The notes under the pieces were generated by a model. The model was given only the letters and a program-made list of their open reading frames with translations, did no database searches and was not told the origin of the DNA. From the NCBI RefSeq assembly GCF_018977255.1, contig NW_024704743.1, positions 41,852,001-41,916,000 of the forward strand: a stretch of DNA of 64,000 nucleotides, in the 5' to 3' direction. The position numbers and the translations under genes are program-made. Position 1 is the stretch's first letter. Each line of letters begins with the position of its first letter. The stretch comes from Callorhinchus milii. Lineage: Eukaryota. Below are positions 1 to 12,684 of the stretch, one piece after another.

Positions 1-837
1 TAAATACTGTGTGGGTGCAAATTACATCACTTCTGGTGTTATCAGCAGCTGGAATCCAGTACAATTGTGAACTTCCTTTATACTCAGCATTTGGCGGTGA
101 ATCACAGAGTAGAAACACAGTATTACAGGCTTATGATCTGATTTGTGAGTGTTCACATCTTTTAGATTATGTTCTGTCTCTAAATTACTGCACAAGCATT
201 AAAGCACCAATTTCCACAAATCAATGCTTTAAACTACCACTGGCAGTGCATCGAAACACCCATTAAGGCACTAGTTCCCATTATTCAAATCTACTGTCCC
301 AATGAGTTTCCTTATGTATTACAGTGTATGATAATGTTAGCATGCAAATGTGACAGTTTATATTGCTGATGGTAATGACACAAAACAATGTCCATAAGGA
401 GCAGTATTAACCGTCTGTGTCTTTGTCTGTGTTCTTTGTTCTTATCAAAAACGTTGGCAGTCATCAAAAATGCTTTCTTAAGAAGAATCCCTGTGGTGTC
501 ACCAACTGAAGGAAACGCAAAGGTTAACCAATGTTGTAGAGCTTTCTATTAAGTGGGGCTTCTGTTCAAAATGAACCTTATTACAATGTTACTACTCTAT
601 ATTGCTCCAATTTACCAGCAGCTTTGTAGCGCTGTATGGACTGGACCATCATTTTTAACTGTCAGCAGACAACTGGCATCATTGGCAACATTTGACATCA
701 GTGGCGACTTGATGACTTGATAAACCTCCTAAAATTAGTATTTTCCAGTCTTTTCTTTAAATGATACCCAGGAAATTGTGCACCTAAAAAATCGCCAAGG
801 TGACCCAAATGGATAACATAATATAACACCCCTGACA

Positions 838-1026
838 ATAATCCCTCAAGAAAATAAACAACCATAATTTGGTCACTCAATCCACGACCGTTTGTGGGAC
901 ACTGCCGCGTTTCGCCCACAAAATATACAGTCAATTCACTTTACAGTATATTCTGTGAAGCACTTTGAGATGTCTGGAAGACATGAAAAGCACTATTTCA
1001 AACACAAGGATTATTATTATTATTAT
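838..1026 (+). mobile_element. 5'-truncated Deu-domain SINE with L2-like tail
   Basis: gtttgtgggacactgccgcgtttcgcccacaaaatatacagtc...tgtgaagcactttgagatgtc...aaggattattattattat; matches the 3' half of the full copy at 25968-26301. Confidence 0.9.
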
Positions 1027-2029
1027 GACCCAAGTGTCCAGTGTTCTTTAGGTGTGTGGGAACCTGGCATGGTCGTTGCTTGCACATGTACCAGGCAGGA
1101 GACAGGAGACATGGTTGGCATCAGCCTGAGACCTAGAGGTCAGCTACTTCATTGTAAGTGCTGGCCAACAGATGGGAGATGGGTAACAGGCTGCGCAAAT
1201 GCATAATGAATGGGGTCTACAATGCAACCGGATTATGGCACTGCATGAGGCGAAGACAAGCCAAAAGGCTTTCTTCATCAAACCTTTCTTGCGGTCTCAT
1301 GGAGAGGATTTTCTATCAATTTTTGACATATCATAACAGATTCAGTGTGCTAATCATCACATTGAATATGTTCTGAATTTCACAAATCTTACCATCTGCT
1401 TTGCCCGATGTATTATATCACTTGAAAGTTTGATAGGGAAGCAAGGTACCACATAAAAATCTACTCTGCAGAATAATTGGTATGGACTAAGTGTTAATTC
1501 CTCCAGTATCTAACTGCGCAAGAACAGCACAGCAGCAAAACTCAGCTTCTCGTTTACAGAGAATAAAGGTTTGTCTGTCGGGAATGCCTGTTGAAAAAAG
1601 ACAATTGTCAGAGTGTAAAAATTAACTCATTAAAATGATGTGTTAATTAGAAATCAAAGAGCAACATGCTGAAAATGAGCAATTATTGTGTTTCTATTCA
1701 CTCACTCTTATGGGACTCTTGAATTATAAGGTTTTTTTTACATGGAGGAACCTCAGTGATAGCATATTCTCAGTCAGTAAAGTTATGTTTCATGAAACTC
1801 AAAATGCAGGTAAAAGACTTTAAGAGATGGTTGAGGAGATAAATTATTGTGGATGACAAAGAGCTATCTTGAAGTTTCACATGATAAGATTCAAAAGACA
1901 AAGAAAGTATCCTGTGGAAGGCACAACTTAACAAATCCACTAACTTTTTGTCCTGACTATTTCAAATATTGAGTGATCATGCTATATTACCATTATTTTC
2001 TGTTTCAGAATTCGCAGTTCTTCTTTATA

Positions 2030-2255
2030 CAATACAAAATTACATTTACAAAGCACCTTTCATATCGGGAGGACGTCCCAAGGCGCTGAACAGTCAGGGA
2101 TTAGGGATTAGAACCCAAGCAGCAGGGGGCTTGGGATCAGAGAGAGTGGAGGGCAGAGAGTTTAGGATGTTGACCAAAGGCATGGTTGAAGAAGAGGGAC
2201 TTGAGGCATACCTTGAAGGAGGCAAGGGAGTGAGCGAGGCAAAGGGAATGTGGGA
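2030..2255 (-). mobile_element. L2 LINE 3' end fragment
   Basis: Reverse complement of the L2 tail (cctttcatatcgggaggacgtcccaaggcgc), followed by purine-rich 3' region similar to 32145-32475 and 38068-38310. Confidence 0.8.
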
Positions 2256-2744
2256 TGGAGCTTATTATTCAGGCTGATATTACAGTGTAACCCAGAGGTC
2301 ACACTGCATTGCCAACCATTGAATGAAAATATTAAACCACTGTGCCATCTGCCTGTTCAGGATGATGTTGAAGTTTCATGGTGTTATTCGAAAAGAGAAG
2401 TTTCTCCAGATGTTCTGGCTGACAAACCTGCAAAAAAATTGGTTGTTCTTGTCATGACTGCTGGTGGGATTGTGCTGTATCCAACATGTTTGTCCATTTG
2501 ACTTACCAGTCACAACATTTGATATTAACTACTCTGAATTCCATTCAGTGTAAAGTGTAGCCTTTTTTTCTGGTGCACTTATAATGGGAAATCCCCTCTA
2601 GTGGCCGACATTACCTTTGGGGATGCACATAATACTGAACAGAGTCATTTGCAGGTGTCCAACAACAACAAATCAGGTTAAAGGCAAACAAATATGACTG
2701 CTAACACCAAACTTCAAAGAGCTAACACCAAAAGAATGGGTTGA

Positions 2745-2820
2745 ATAATAAGAATAATAATCCTTGCATTTCATATAGCACTTTTCACGTCTTCTAGATG
2801 TCTCAAAACGCTTCACGGAA
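2745..2820 (-). mobile_element. SINE 3' tail fragment
   Basis: aataataatccttgcatttcatatagcacttttcacgtc...gcttcac. Confidence 0.8.
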
Positions 2821-3629
2821 TGGTCTTCTTATATGCTGTAAGTTTCTAAGGTTCTATAGAATTTTTACTTCTGCGGAACTGTGGTAAATGCAAAGATTAT
2901 CATACATCTTCATTCCTTCTGGAATGTCTTGCCTTGTAATTAGGTAATGATTAACATTGTGTGTGTTCATCAAAATTGATAAGCACAGGATATCTTCTCT
3001 TCCTGTATTGACATTGACCTAGTGTTATATCTGATAGAATATTCTGATGGGTGTGTTAGCGTGTCCAATGGACAATGGCTAAACAGGAAAAGCTTAGTCA
3101 GCATAATAGCTTGTTTAACTGCAAGCTGCAAAATTTTCTTCAGTAGAAGAGTACCAAAGAAAATGCCATTTATGAATATAAATACTCTATAAATATAAAT
3201 ATTCATATGATGTAAAATAGTCAATGAATTATAAATGTGCTAAGGTTCAGAATTTCTATTTCAATAAGGATTACATGTCTGTGATTGGACATGGTTTGCA
3301 TTTTGTGATCTTTCATAAATTACCCATTTTTAAAATAAAGTGTTAACATGTAGGTTTGTTTATTGCAGGCTTTAAACTCAGTGTAGGTGAAAGGATAAAA
3401 GCATCAGGATGCTGAAAAGGAAAACTTTTGAATGATTCTCAGTATAATTTTGAATTTTCACAATTTGCTTTGCATTTATCAAGTGCTCTGGGACTTTACC
3501 CCAAGTGAAGAGCACTAGATAAATGCAAATTTAGTTTTAAAACTAAAAATATCTTTAACTTGTGTAATTTATGTTCAAAATTATTAAAAACTTTGTAAGG
3601 TTAACACGGCAACAACCTAACCTAGGAAA

Positions 3630-3870
3630 ATAGGAACATAATAATTGCTGGATGAAAAAAGACCAAGGTCCATCTAGTCCACCTTCTACCATCCTGGTAG
3701 ACTCAAGCTATAATAATAGAGATACTGATAGCAATTAATTCTGTATAAATTAATCTACCAACACAGTGAAAAGCTTTGGGAACCTTATATCCAAAGTTGC
3801 CTTGTTCTTCCAAACATAATACACTTGCCATATGTCATGTCTGAAATTACTCATATATTACCCATGGTGT
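3630..3870 (-). mobile_element. CR1-like LINE 3' end fragment
   Basis: gaccaaggtccatctagtccaccttctaccatcctgg is shared with the CR1 3' end at about 25660. Confidence 0.6.
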
Positions 3871-4129
3871 CCCTCATGTGGAACATCTTGGTACATTTCA
3901 CAGAGACAAAGTGTTTGACTCTGAGTAAGGGTGGAAGGGGAGGGGGAGTTGACCATTGGCAGGATCAAAGAGGTAGAATTTTAGACAGGATTTGAGGACA
4001 GATAAGAAGGGATGAAGTGGAGGAGTAGAGATTGGGGACATAGTTGCTGAAGGCTCAGCTACTTCAGCCACTGATGAATCAGTTCATCATTATCATCAAC
4101 ATAAACATCATAATGAAATGTAAATTGTC

Positions 4130-4672
4130 CCTAAAAAAGGAAATTATATCCCGCAGAAAAGACAATTGGGATGAAAGTCATCAATGGTTAGTTTCCAAGA
4201 GAAGTTAAAAAACAAGGTCTAGATATGAAGCAGAGCAACAGCTGGTTGACTGATGGAGATCTGAGAGATAGAACAGAAGCTCTCATAATATCAGCACAAA
4301 ATCAAGCTTTTACTACCTGTTATTGTGAAAATAAGATTTTGAAGAAAAACTTTGATCTAAAATGCAGAATATGCCATCAAGTAGTAAAGACAGTAGACCA
4401 TATATATTATCATCAATTCCAGCAGTATGCCATCGGAGTACCTGAATCAACTTAACAATGTAGCTAAGTATATCCACTAGACAATTTGTAAACACTTTGA
4501 TATTGACATAAAGACCAACTGGTATGAACATCAACCAGCAAAAGTGACATCAAAATGTAACATCACAAGAATCTGGGGCTCACAAATCTGGGATAAACCA
4601 AACACCATTATAAAAACAAGTAGATTATACATGCAGTATTATTGATGTGACGTTCCAGTGATTACAACACAC
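4130..4672 (+). mobile_element. R4/Dong-clade (RLE-type) non-LTR retrotransposon remnant, 5' part
   Basis: ORF 4225 reads WLTDGDLRDRTEALIISAQNQAFTT...KCRICHQVVKTVDHI (CCHC region typical of R4/Dong/Rex6); degenerate WYEHQP and IIDV..P.DYN follow. Confidence 0.8.
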
Positions 4673-5270
4673 CCTTCTTGGAGGGAGGTAGGCATGGTCT
4701 CCTTGGAACTGAACTGGCTCCATGGTGACATGCCTGGCAATGGAATGTCGGAATCAAGCCAACTCTCTGTGGTGGTCTCGGTAGTCCAGTTCCTGGGCCA
4801 GGTCTACAGTATTCCAGGGCATTGCTTATAACAGCATAGCCAGCCTGACTCATTGGCAGGACCTGGAAGGGCAGACCAGTCACTGGGGCTAGGGAATCAT
4901 CCCATTTAAATCCTGTTAACCCTCTCAGCCAAAGCCCTAATGGGTAGGGTGGTCCTAGCTGAACAAGAAGAGGAAAAGCTTGCCAGACAGCAATATCAAT
5001 GGCAAGCAGTGGAAACGCTTGCCAACACACATTCTGGGTTCCCCATGCCTTGGTACTTGCCAACCTGTGCCTAATACTTTCTGGAATTACGTAAACAGGA
5101 TGCATCCCTCCAGGCAGATAATGTGCATACCATTCCAACAATCTATCTCTGGGATTTCCATATGTAGGTGGGATGCATGGTAACCTCAGCTTGGTTTGGA
5201 TACTCTTAAGCTTAGTGATGGGTGTCTGCATTTGTCAGACACCCGGCTGACCAAAAAGAAAAAGAAAAAA
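4673..5270 (+). mobile_element. Unclassified poly(A)-tailed retroposon 3' end with 10-bp TSD
   Basis: TSD tacaacacac at 4663-4672 and 5271-5280; A-rich tail after gtcagacacccggctgacc; related copies elsewhere in the window. Confidence 0.85.
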
Positions 5271-5280
5271 TACAACACAC

Positions 5281-5510
5281 AAAATAAGGAACTAAAGAAG
5301 ATCAGGAAGTATGGTGACCTACAAATTGAATGTGAATGCAGGTCGCAGTACAATGCAAGCATAGTTCCTATAATCATTAGTACAAGTGAGACTGTTAATA
5401 AGACAATTTAGAAATGGCTTGTAAACATTCCCGGTACACAAATGTCCAACTCCTGCAGAAAGTAGGTATTTTGCAAAGTTCAAATATACTAAGAAAAGTA
5501 ACATCCATCA
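5281..5510 (+). mobile_element. R4/Dong-clade remnant, 3' part (restriction-like endonuclease end)
   Basis: QNKELKKIRKYGDLQIE...IVPIIIS fits the E.EK..KY.DL..E...VPVII motif; in frame with the 5' part once the insert and one TSD copy are removed. Confidence 0.8.
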
Positions 5511-8243
5511 AAGTGGAAATTGTTAGCATGATTGGTTTGGCTGTCCTATCACTGAACAACACTTGTAAATTATCTGCATGAAGCGATCTAAACTACATAA
5601 CATTATTAACTGTAATAATATTTGATACAGCATCTTTCATGTCAGGAGGATGGCTCAAAGTGCTTCACAGGCTATCCTGTAATGTGGAGGGACTGCATGT
5701 TTTGTGATACACTTACACACCTAATAGTGAGATTTCCTGATGTGAAAGGCGCTATATATAAATGTAAATTTATTTTGTTTTGTGTTATTAGGCAAATGAA
5801 AGATAAAATATGACCCATGGATACCATGGGAAAAATGTGTTTTTGTTTTGCAATTCGGGGGAAACTGATTTGTTCCTGGGTTTCCATAAATTAGAACTGA
5901 GCCACATGAAGCCTTAGAAACAGTATATTGAATATTTATACATGCAATGGCTTTGCAATGCCACTGGGACTTAATGCGATCATGGCCCTAGTTTTTTTAA
6001 TTCCACGCTGCAGGTTTCTGGTCCCTACAGAGTCTGCTGGAACCATTAGTCATGCATTTTTGTCAGTGAATTGTTCATGTCACTGCTATATTGGTCAGAA
6101 GAGCTGATCATTTGTTTGCTTTCCTTCAACTTCACAACAGGAAAAGCCAAATGCATTGTGGGCATGTTCTGAAAACCATCCATTGCATCAATATTTTCAT
6201 CAATGCAGAGGCACTGAACAAGATCATTTTTCATAACATGAAAATTTATTTTTGCAAGTCTCCAACTAGAACGTGGAGTTTAATTTGGAACAATTGCTAA
6301 CATAAGTCATTAACAGAGCTCCGAGTCGCATATGGCGACGATACCAGTAACCAGATGTAAGCTATTCCAACCTTGGGATAGTGGCTGTGGAAATAGCTGG
6401 CAGCAGAGAGAAATTTCCTAGGGTTAGCATAGCCAGTTCCTGGGAGGAGTATCTATTTGCAATTCAAGAGTTACTATTAATAAAACAACAACAACAACAA
6501 CTTGCATTTACATAGATCCCTTCACCTGGGTAGCCACTCAGAGCACTTACTCCTGTTATATCTCCTTAACAGGATCTATAATGCTTTTCTTTGATAGTTA
6601 TTGCTACACAGGGCAAGACTCTTAAGATTGCTCTGCTGAAAACTTGCATGGAAGCATTCCTAATATTTTAGACAAGGCTTCAAAAATGCTTTCTGAAAAT
6701 AGAAGGAACTGCTTTCTATGAACATAAAGAACGTATAGTTAGCAAAATTAGCTCCTGAAAACACAACAGTGTAAGATTCCTCCGCTCATCATATTGGCAT
6801 CTATTACACATAAAATGGTCAATATGTATCCCAAAATAAGTGATCAAAAAGCTGGTTGACAAAATGAGCTGCTTCCTGATACCAAACAAACAATAATTCC
6901 TTTCTCCCACTGAGTCAAAAGAGAAAACAAATAAGCCTGCACAGTTCCCTTCTCACCCGGAGCCTTCAAAAAGAATACAGACCATGGTGAACTTGACGAA
7001 TGCTGCAATTATGACTTTCTGAATTACTGTATCTGACCTGACTCCCAGCAGTATACACAGAGATTGCCACCCAGCACTCACATTAACATTGGAACAGAGT
7101 TCTGGCACTGGTGTAATTTACTTTGACACATTATTAAAAATATTGCAAACTGATATTTAGTAGCTGGGAGCTCAGCGCTGTGTTATTGTCGGTGTAGTTA
7201 CAATTTTTATATTTTATATGTATTAAAATTCTTTTGAAAACTGTGAGATGGTTCTTTTGGGATACACTGCAACATACAGCTGATCTTTTTTGAATGGTAC
7301 CCATTCAAAGGAGCAGTTAGTGTGGCTGATATCTTTCTGACATTCAAAAACATTTTCCTGTGCAATAAATGTTGACATTGTGTTTAATGTTTTTAGTCAA
7401 CACAATACCTCATAAATATATGTGATGTTTAATTAAGTGAAATATTCCCAGTAATGTGACCAGTTTCCTGACTCTCTTTTAAATGGCTTTCTTCTATTCT
7501 TGTGGTGAGGCATTTAACTGCTTATTTACAGCTGCTGTAACATTGCTGGGAAATTCCCAATATAAGCTCACATTGACAAGGTCCATAAATTTACAGGCCA
7601 GGAAAGAATAAGATGTTCTCACTCACCTAGGTCCATAAATTTACCAAATTTCAGAGAATCGTTCCTTGTATTCTCAATGTGACCTGAATTTATGGGACTG
7701 AATTCTTTTTATTTTTGCATTTGCATATTGAAGAGTGTAAGAAAACAAGGCAATGAGAAATGGCCATTTGGCAGACAGTCTAAACAGCCCATTCATTCTC
7801 CTGAAAAAAGAATTGGCAGAAATATTCCTTAACCCCAAAGAAAATTAGGCAAACCTCCAGAATATTAATCTACACAATTTCACATTCAATACAACCTTCT
7901 GCAGAGATATTGCTCCCCATATTCCCATTAGCACAGAATCATCATCTCCCATATGTGAAACTAGGCGACATTCTTCAATCACACTAACCCAGCTTCTCCC
8001 TTCATTCAGAGAACATTAGCTTATTTGGACCATTTTGTCTCAAAATTTACAACAGCGTAGAAAGGAATACAATTCTTTAATTCAATTTTAAATTTCAAGG
8101 CACATTCTGTAGTTAATAATGGTTTCCAAATCAAGGCTTATTTTAAGAATTTTCACATTTCTGCACCATATTAAATGTTAAGACAAAATGGTCTTGAAAG
8201 CTAAGTCTGAGAGGAAGTTCCGGAACAGGTATCCAGCATATGT

Positions 8244-8600
8244 GAAATCCTGTAGCTCAGTGGTTCAAGCACTTGCCTCGCAAACGAGGGAACTGGGTTA
8301 GATTCCCAGCAGGGCAAAATGGTGCGCAAGTTTCCTAATCCACACACCTCTGTTTACCTAGCATTAAGTAGGAACCCAGTTGTTAGTTGATTGGCGGATT
8401 GCTTTTCCGGGAGTATTAATTTCCTTCAAAAAAGATAATACTGATAGATTGGCCACTTGAATCCACGGCTGTTTGTGGGACACTGCTGTGCGCAGTTGGC
8501 TGCTGTGTTTTATCCACAAAATATACAGTATGTTCTGTGAGGTGCTTTGAGATGTCTCGTAGATGTGATAAGGCGTTATATCAAATGCAAGGATTTTTAT
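8244..8600 (+). mobile_element. Full-length tRNA-derived Deu SINE (long variant)
   Basis: A box tgtagctcagtgg, degenerate B box, Deu core ctgtgcgcagttggctgc, L2-like tail. Confidence 0.9.
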
Positions 8601-9367
8601 GATTATCCTTCTCTTATGTACAGATTTGTGGGTTTGGTCAGCGTTGTAAGTTGAGACTTCATACCTCAGCCTCCTTTACCTGCCAGAGAGACAAAGGCAC
8701 TAATTAAAAGCAACAAAGACAGATGGACAAATCTTAGAAGAACTTGATCTTGCCTCACCAGTGTTCTTTCACTAAACCTCACATGCCAATTCCTCGCGTG
8801 CAAAAGGAAATTGGAATACAGATCTATGGTAATATACCTAGAATTAAACAAAATCGCATGAAATGTATCTTTCTTTTGTGCAAATATCACTTACTCTACT
8901 GTAAAGTTATGTAATGATGAATAAATAAAGCAATTCTAAACAAATCTTTTGTGGATTGAATAAAATTACATGCCACAGTGCCTCAATTGTCCACATTGTT
9001 GCATGGAACCAGTCTGGTACATTTGTCAAAACACGGTGCATCAATATGAAGTATGCTGATGTACTTTTATGTGAATTTTATGCCATTTAAAGAATAATGC
9101 ACTAACATTTTTAAAATAGCTCAGTGGGCTAATAGATTGCCTAATTGTTATACAATTCCTGAAACAATTCTGCTAATTTAAATCTTAGCTGAGCATTAAC
9201 CATTTTGCTTTGCTTCCAGTTGTCTCAGCCTTAAGCACATGCAATAAATATAGAATATTTTTATGGTGTGGACAAAGTAAGACATTGGCAAGTAACTATT
9301 TAAAAAGTTCCAGAATTGGTGTTAAAGAATATCTTGATCACAATAATAATTCTTGCATTTGTGTCCG

Positions 9368-9785
9368 AATGGTTCAGTTGGTAGCACTCTTGCCTCTGAG
9401 TCAAGATTGAATCCCTAAATCGGGACTTGGAACTAATATAGTGTAAGCTGACACTCTATGCAATACCTCAATGCTGCATTGTCAGAGGTGCAGTCCAACA
9501 GATGAGACATTAAAGTCTGCCCAGTCTGCCTCTTCAGGTGGATGTTAAAGATCTCTTGGCACTATTCAAAAACAAAGGGAGTTGCTCCCGATATTCTGAT
9601 GAACAATTCCCCCCCAAATAAAATTGGTCACACACTCTAAGATTTTTTATAGGACGTTGCTGTATGCAAATTGGCTGCCGCATTTATCCACAAAATACAC
9701 ATCCATATCACAGTTTATCCTGTGAAGCACATTGGAATGCCCTCCTACGTGAAAAAGGTTACCCCAAATGCAAGATTTATTATTG
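9368..9785 (+). mobile_element. SacSINE1-like DeuSINE
   Basis: Head ggttcagttggtagcactcttgcctctgagtca, body caggtggatgttaaagatc, Deu core aaattggctgccgc, L2-like tail. Confidence 0.8.
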
Positions 9786-10369
9786 TTTAATATAACGCCT
9801 TGTCATGTCGACAAGACATCCTATGAAAAAAATTTGCTCACCTGTAATTTTCTATTCAATTTGGACACTTTGAAAAACTATAAATATCGTAAGAAGAGGC
9901 AGCAAAAGAGAAAATAATAGTTACGGGTGCCAATCCTGTTATAACTTAATGGCATCCTGTGAAAAAGATTTGCTGAGAAAAGCAATATCTTGCTTTAATG
10001 GTTAAATCTTTTTTAGAGGTCTGAATCTTTTCTGCTAAGCTGCTGACACAATGATAGCAATGTCTGAAGTAATTCTACAAAACGCGAGGGGATATGTCAC
10101 ACATCCGGTGGGAGATATTGGTTTTAGTCTTGCTGCAGGAAACCGGTACATGTCTGAATAATACAAAATGACATTGCAACAAACAGCAGTAGCATGTTCT
10201 AAAACAAGGGGACACACAATCAATCTTAGAAGAAAGGTATAAAGTGTAAACATAATTCAGATGAAACTATTTTATACTTAGTTAATGAGTGGAATGTACA
10301 GCCCCTGGAGAAGTGTAGGTGATCAGTGTCAGAACATTCAAATTAGCTAAAGAAGTGTAAAATCATCTG

Positions 10370-10815
10370 AACTCACTGAACCAGTGAGCAACCTTTGTGC
10401 CTGGTTTGATCCACAATTCTCCTTCCACTTATTTGGTTCCTGACTAAGATTTCCTTCACCTCCATCACATTGCCCTCATCTGCCCTATCTCACGCCAAAT
10501 GTGCCAAAACCCTCATTCACGCTTTTATCACCTCCTGCCTTGACTTCTCTAACACACTCCTTACTAGCCTCCCAGTGCCACTATACACAAGATTCAGCTA
10601 ATCCAAACTCTGCCATTCATATCCACACCAAATTCGACATGCCCATCATGTCAATCTTTGTCAGTTTCCACTGTCTCCCTGTTGACCAATGGATCGATTC
10701 TAAGGTTCACCCTGGTATAAATCTTTTCCTAAATCTCTTCATGTCTAGAACCTCCCTATTTCTCTAATCTTCTCCTATCCACTAACCTGCTGACACCCTC
10801 CACTCAGCTAACACA
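10370..10815 (+). mobile_element. Old L2 LINE ORF2 fragment
   Basis: Degenerate match to the 53000-53500 L2 (aaaccctcattcacgcttttatcacctcctgccttgact; ttccactgtctccctgtt). Confidence 0.7.
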
Positions 10816-12374
10816 TGTAAGTGGTTAAGGAATGTTTTGGGGGCATGAGCCTTTCTCAACATGCAACTGGTTTGTACCTGATCTGGAAGAAATTGATGTT
10901 GGGATTCTGGGATCCTGAAATAAGTATTACTTTGCAGCACTAACATCCTTCATATTGATGAACACAAAACTCATCTAGAAAATAAATAAGAAGAAATCAA
11001 CAAGAAAACTAAGACAGCAACAATTAATTTATGGTTTGCTATTCTCCATAGTAATTATTAAATTATCCAGTTTCTATGAATTGCGTAATGACATATAAAG
11101 ATACTATTTGTAGGAATCAGATTACATTCTTACATTGTCTTGGTCCAGTTCAGATAAAGAGTCAAAATGAAGTATTTTTCCTTCATATACAAATCATTGT
11201 AATTTAACTTCACCAACATCATCTTATTTTGATTGTGTCATTAACAGTATGGATACTGTCAATCGGGCCAAATAGCATTGTTACATTACAATCATCTGAT
11301 TGAAATAGTAAAACAAATAATCCTTAAATTTAATACAGTTGATATAGTGATATAACATTTCACATTAAGAAAAGGTCTCAAAGGGCTTCACAGGCTATAC
11401 TGTAACGTATAGTGACTGTATTTTGTAGGAAAGCATGAGAGCCAATTTGAACACAGTAATGTCCCACCAACAGCCATTAAGTGAATGACCAATTCTTTTT
11501 TGCAGGACTGTTTGCCAGGATACACTCAGGACACTTAGCCAATCGCAATTTTCATCTTCATTGACATGTGCAACCAATGGAGCAGCCTCAAAAAAAATAC
11601 ACCTCAATGTGCAAACTTAACCATGTCAATAAAGATGAATTAGAAGACAAAAATGAAGTCTTTCTATCAATCTTTTTATATGTTACGTATACATTTCAAC
11701 ATGTTACAATAAGAGGAATATCATAAACCAACATTTTAATATCTCTCTTTAGATACGTTTTCAAACTTTGTGTTCTCCCTGACAAACAACAAAGGGAAAA
11801 GTCATCATTTTTTTGTCAAGTCAAACATGAAAATCTAGAATAGCAGTCTGTATCTGGCCATTTGCTGCTCAATTTAAGCTGGTTCCAGTCAGTGCAAATT
11901 TGTAAAATGGTAGATTTGCCAACTTGGAGAGATCATGCAAGCATTAAGAGGACAGACAATGAGATATTCTACCTTTCATCACTTCACCTTGAAGTGGAAC
12001 CTGCAATGTTAAGATTGGCAGCCAGACTGAAACAGCAAGCATTTCATACCCTGTGACTGTGTAAATGCAATTTTTCTTATGATTACTGTATGGAAGAAGG
12101 AGACGATAAGTGTTACTGAAAAATAAATGATTCAGTGAATTGAAGATGCATAGCTCAGAAATGTGAAGGTAAGTGAGATGTGTTTCGCTGGTTTCCTGAG
12201 GTGCATGCTCTTTGTGTTGAGTGTGCTTTGTTCTCAGCTAGTTTATTGTTATACTGTATTGTATTAACAGCTCCAGATAAATAAAAATAATTGTAATCCT
12301 TGAATTTGATACAGTGATTTTCACAGTGGGATGATGTCTAAAATTGCTTCACGTGGTATATTGCAAAATAACAG

Positions 12375-12585
12375 TAATAATAATAATCCTTGCATTTGAT
12401 ATAGCGCTTTTCACGTCGGGAGGACGTCCCAAAGCGCTTCACAGAATATACTGTAAAGTGAGTTGACTGTATATTTGTGGGCGAACGCGGCAGCCAATTG
12501 CGCACAGCAATGTCCCACAAACAGTCATAGATTGAAAATGACCAATTTAATTATTGTTTTTTTTTGAGGGATTATTATTAGGTGT
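12375..12585 (-). mobile_element. Young 5'-truncated Deu SINE
   Basis: Near-identical to 24112-24322; CpGs retained. Confidence 0.92.
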
Positions 12586-12684
12586 GTAGAATGTACTAAC
12601 TGTATTTTGTAGGCAAATACAGCAGCAAGTTTGTACATAACAATGTTCCACAAACAACCATGAAGTGAATAGCCAATTTTAATA

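Noticed and set aside
4662..5231. 189-aa minus-strand ORF
   Set aside because: Lies antisense within the TSD-flanked retroposon; no recognisable domain.
12338..12520. Repeated MWD...[11 protein letters not shown]...KDYYYY peptides (892, 12338, 24067)
   Set aside because: Translations of SINE copies, not a gene family.
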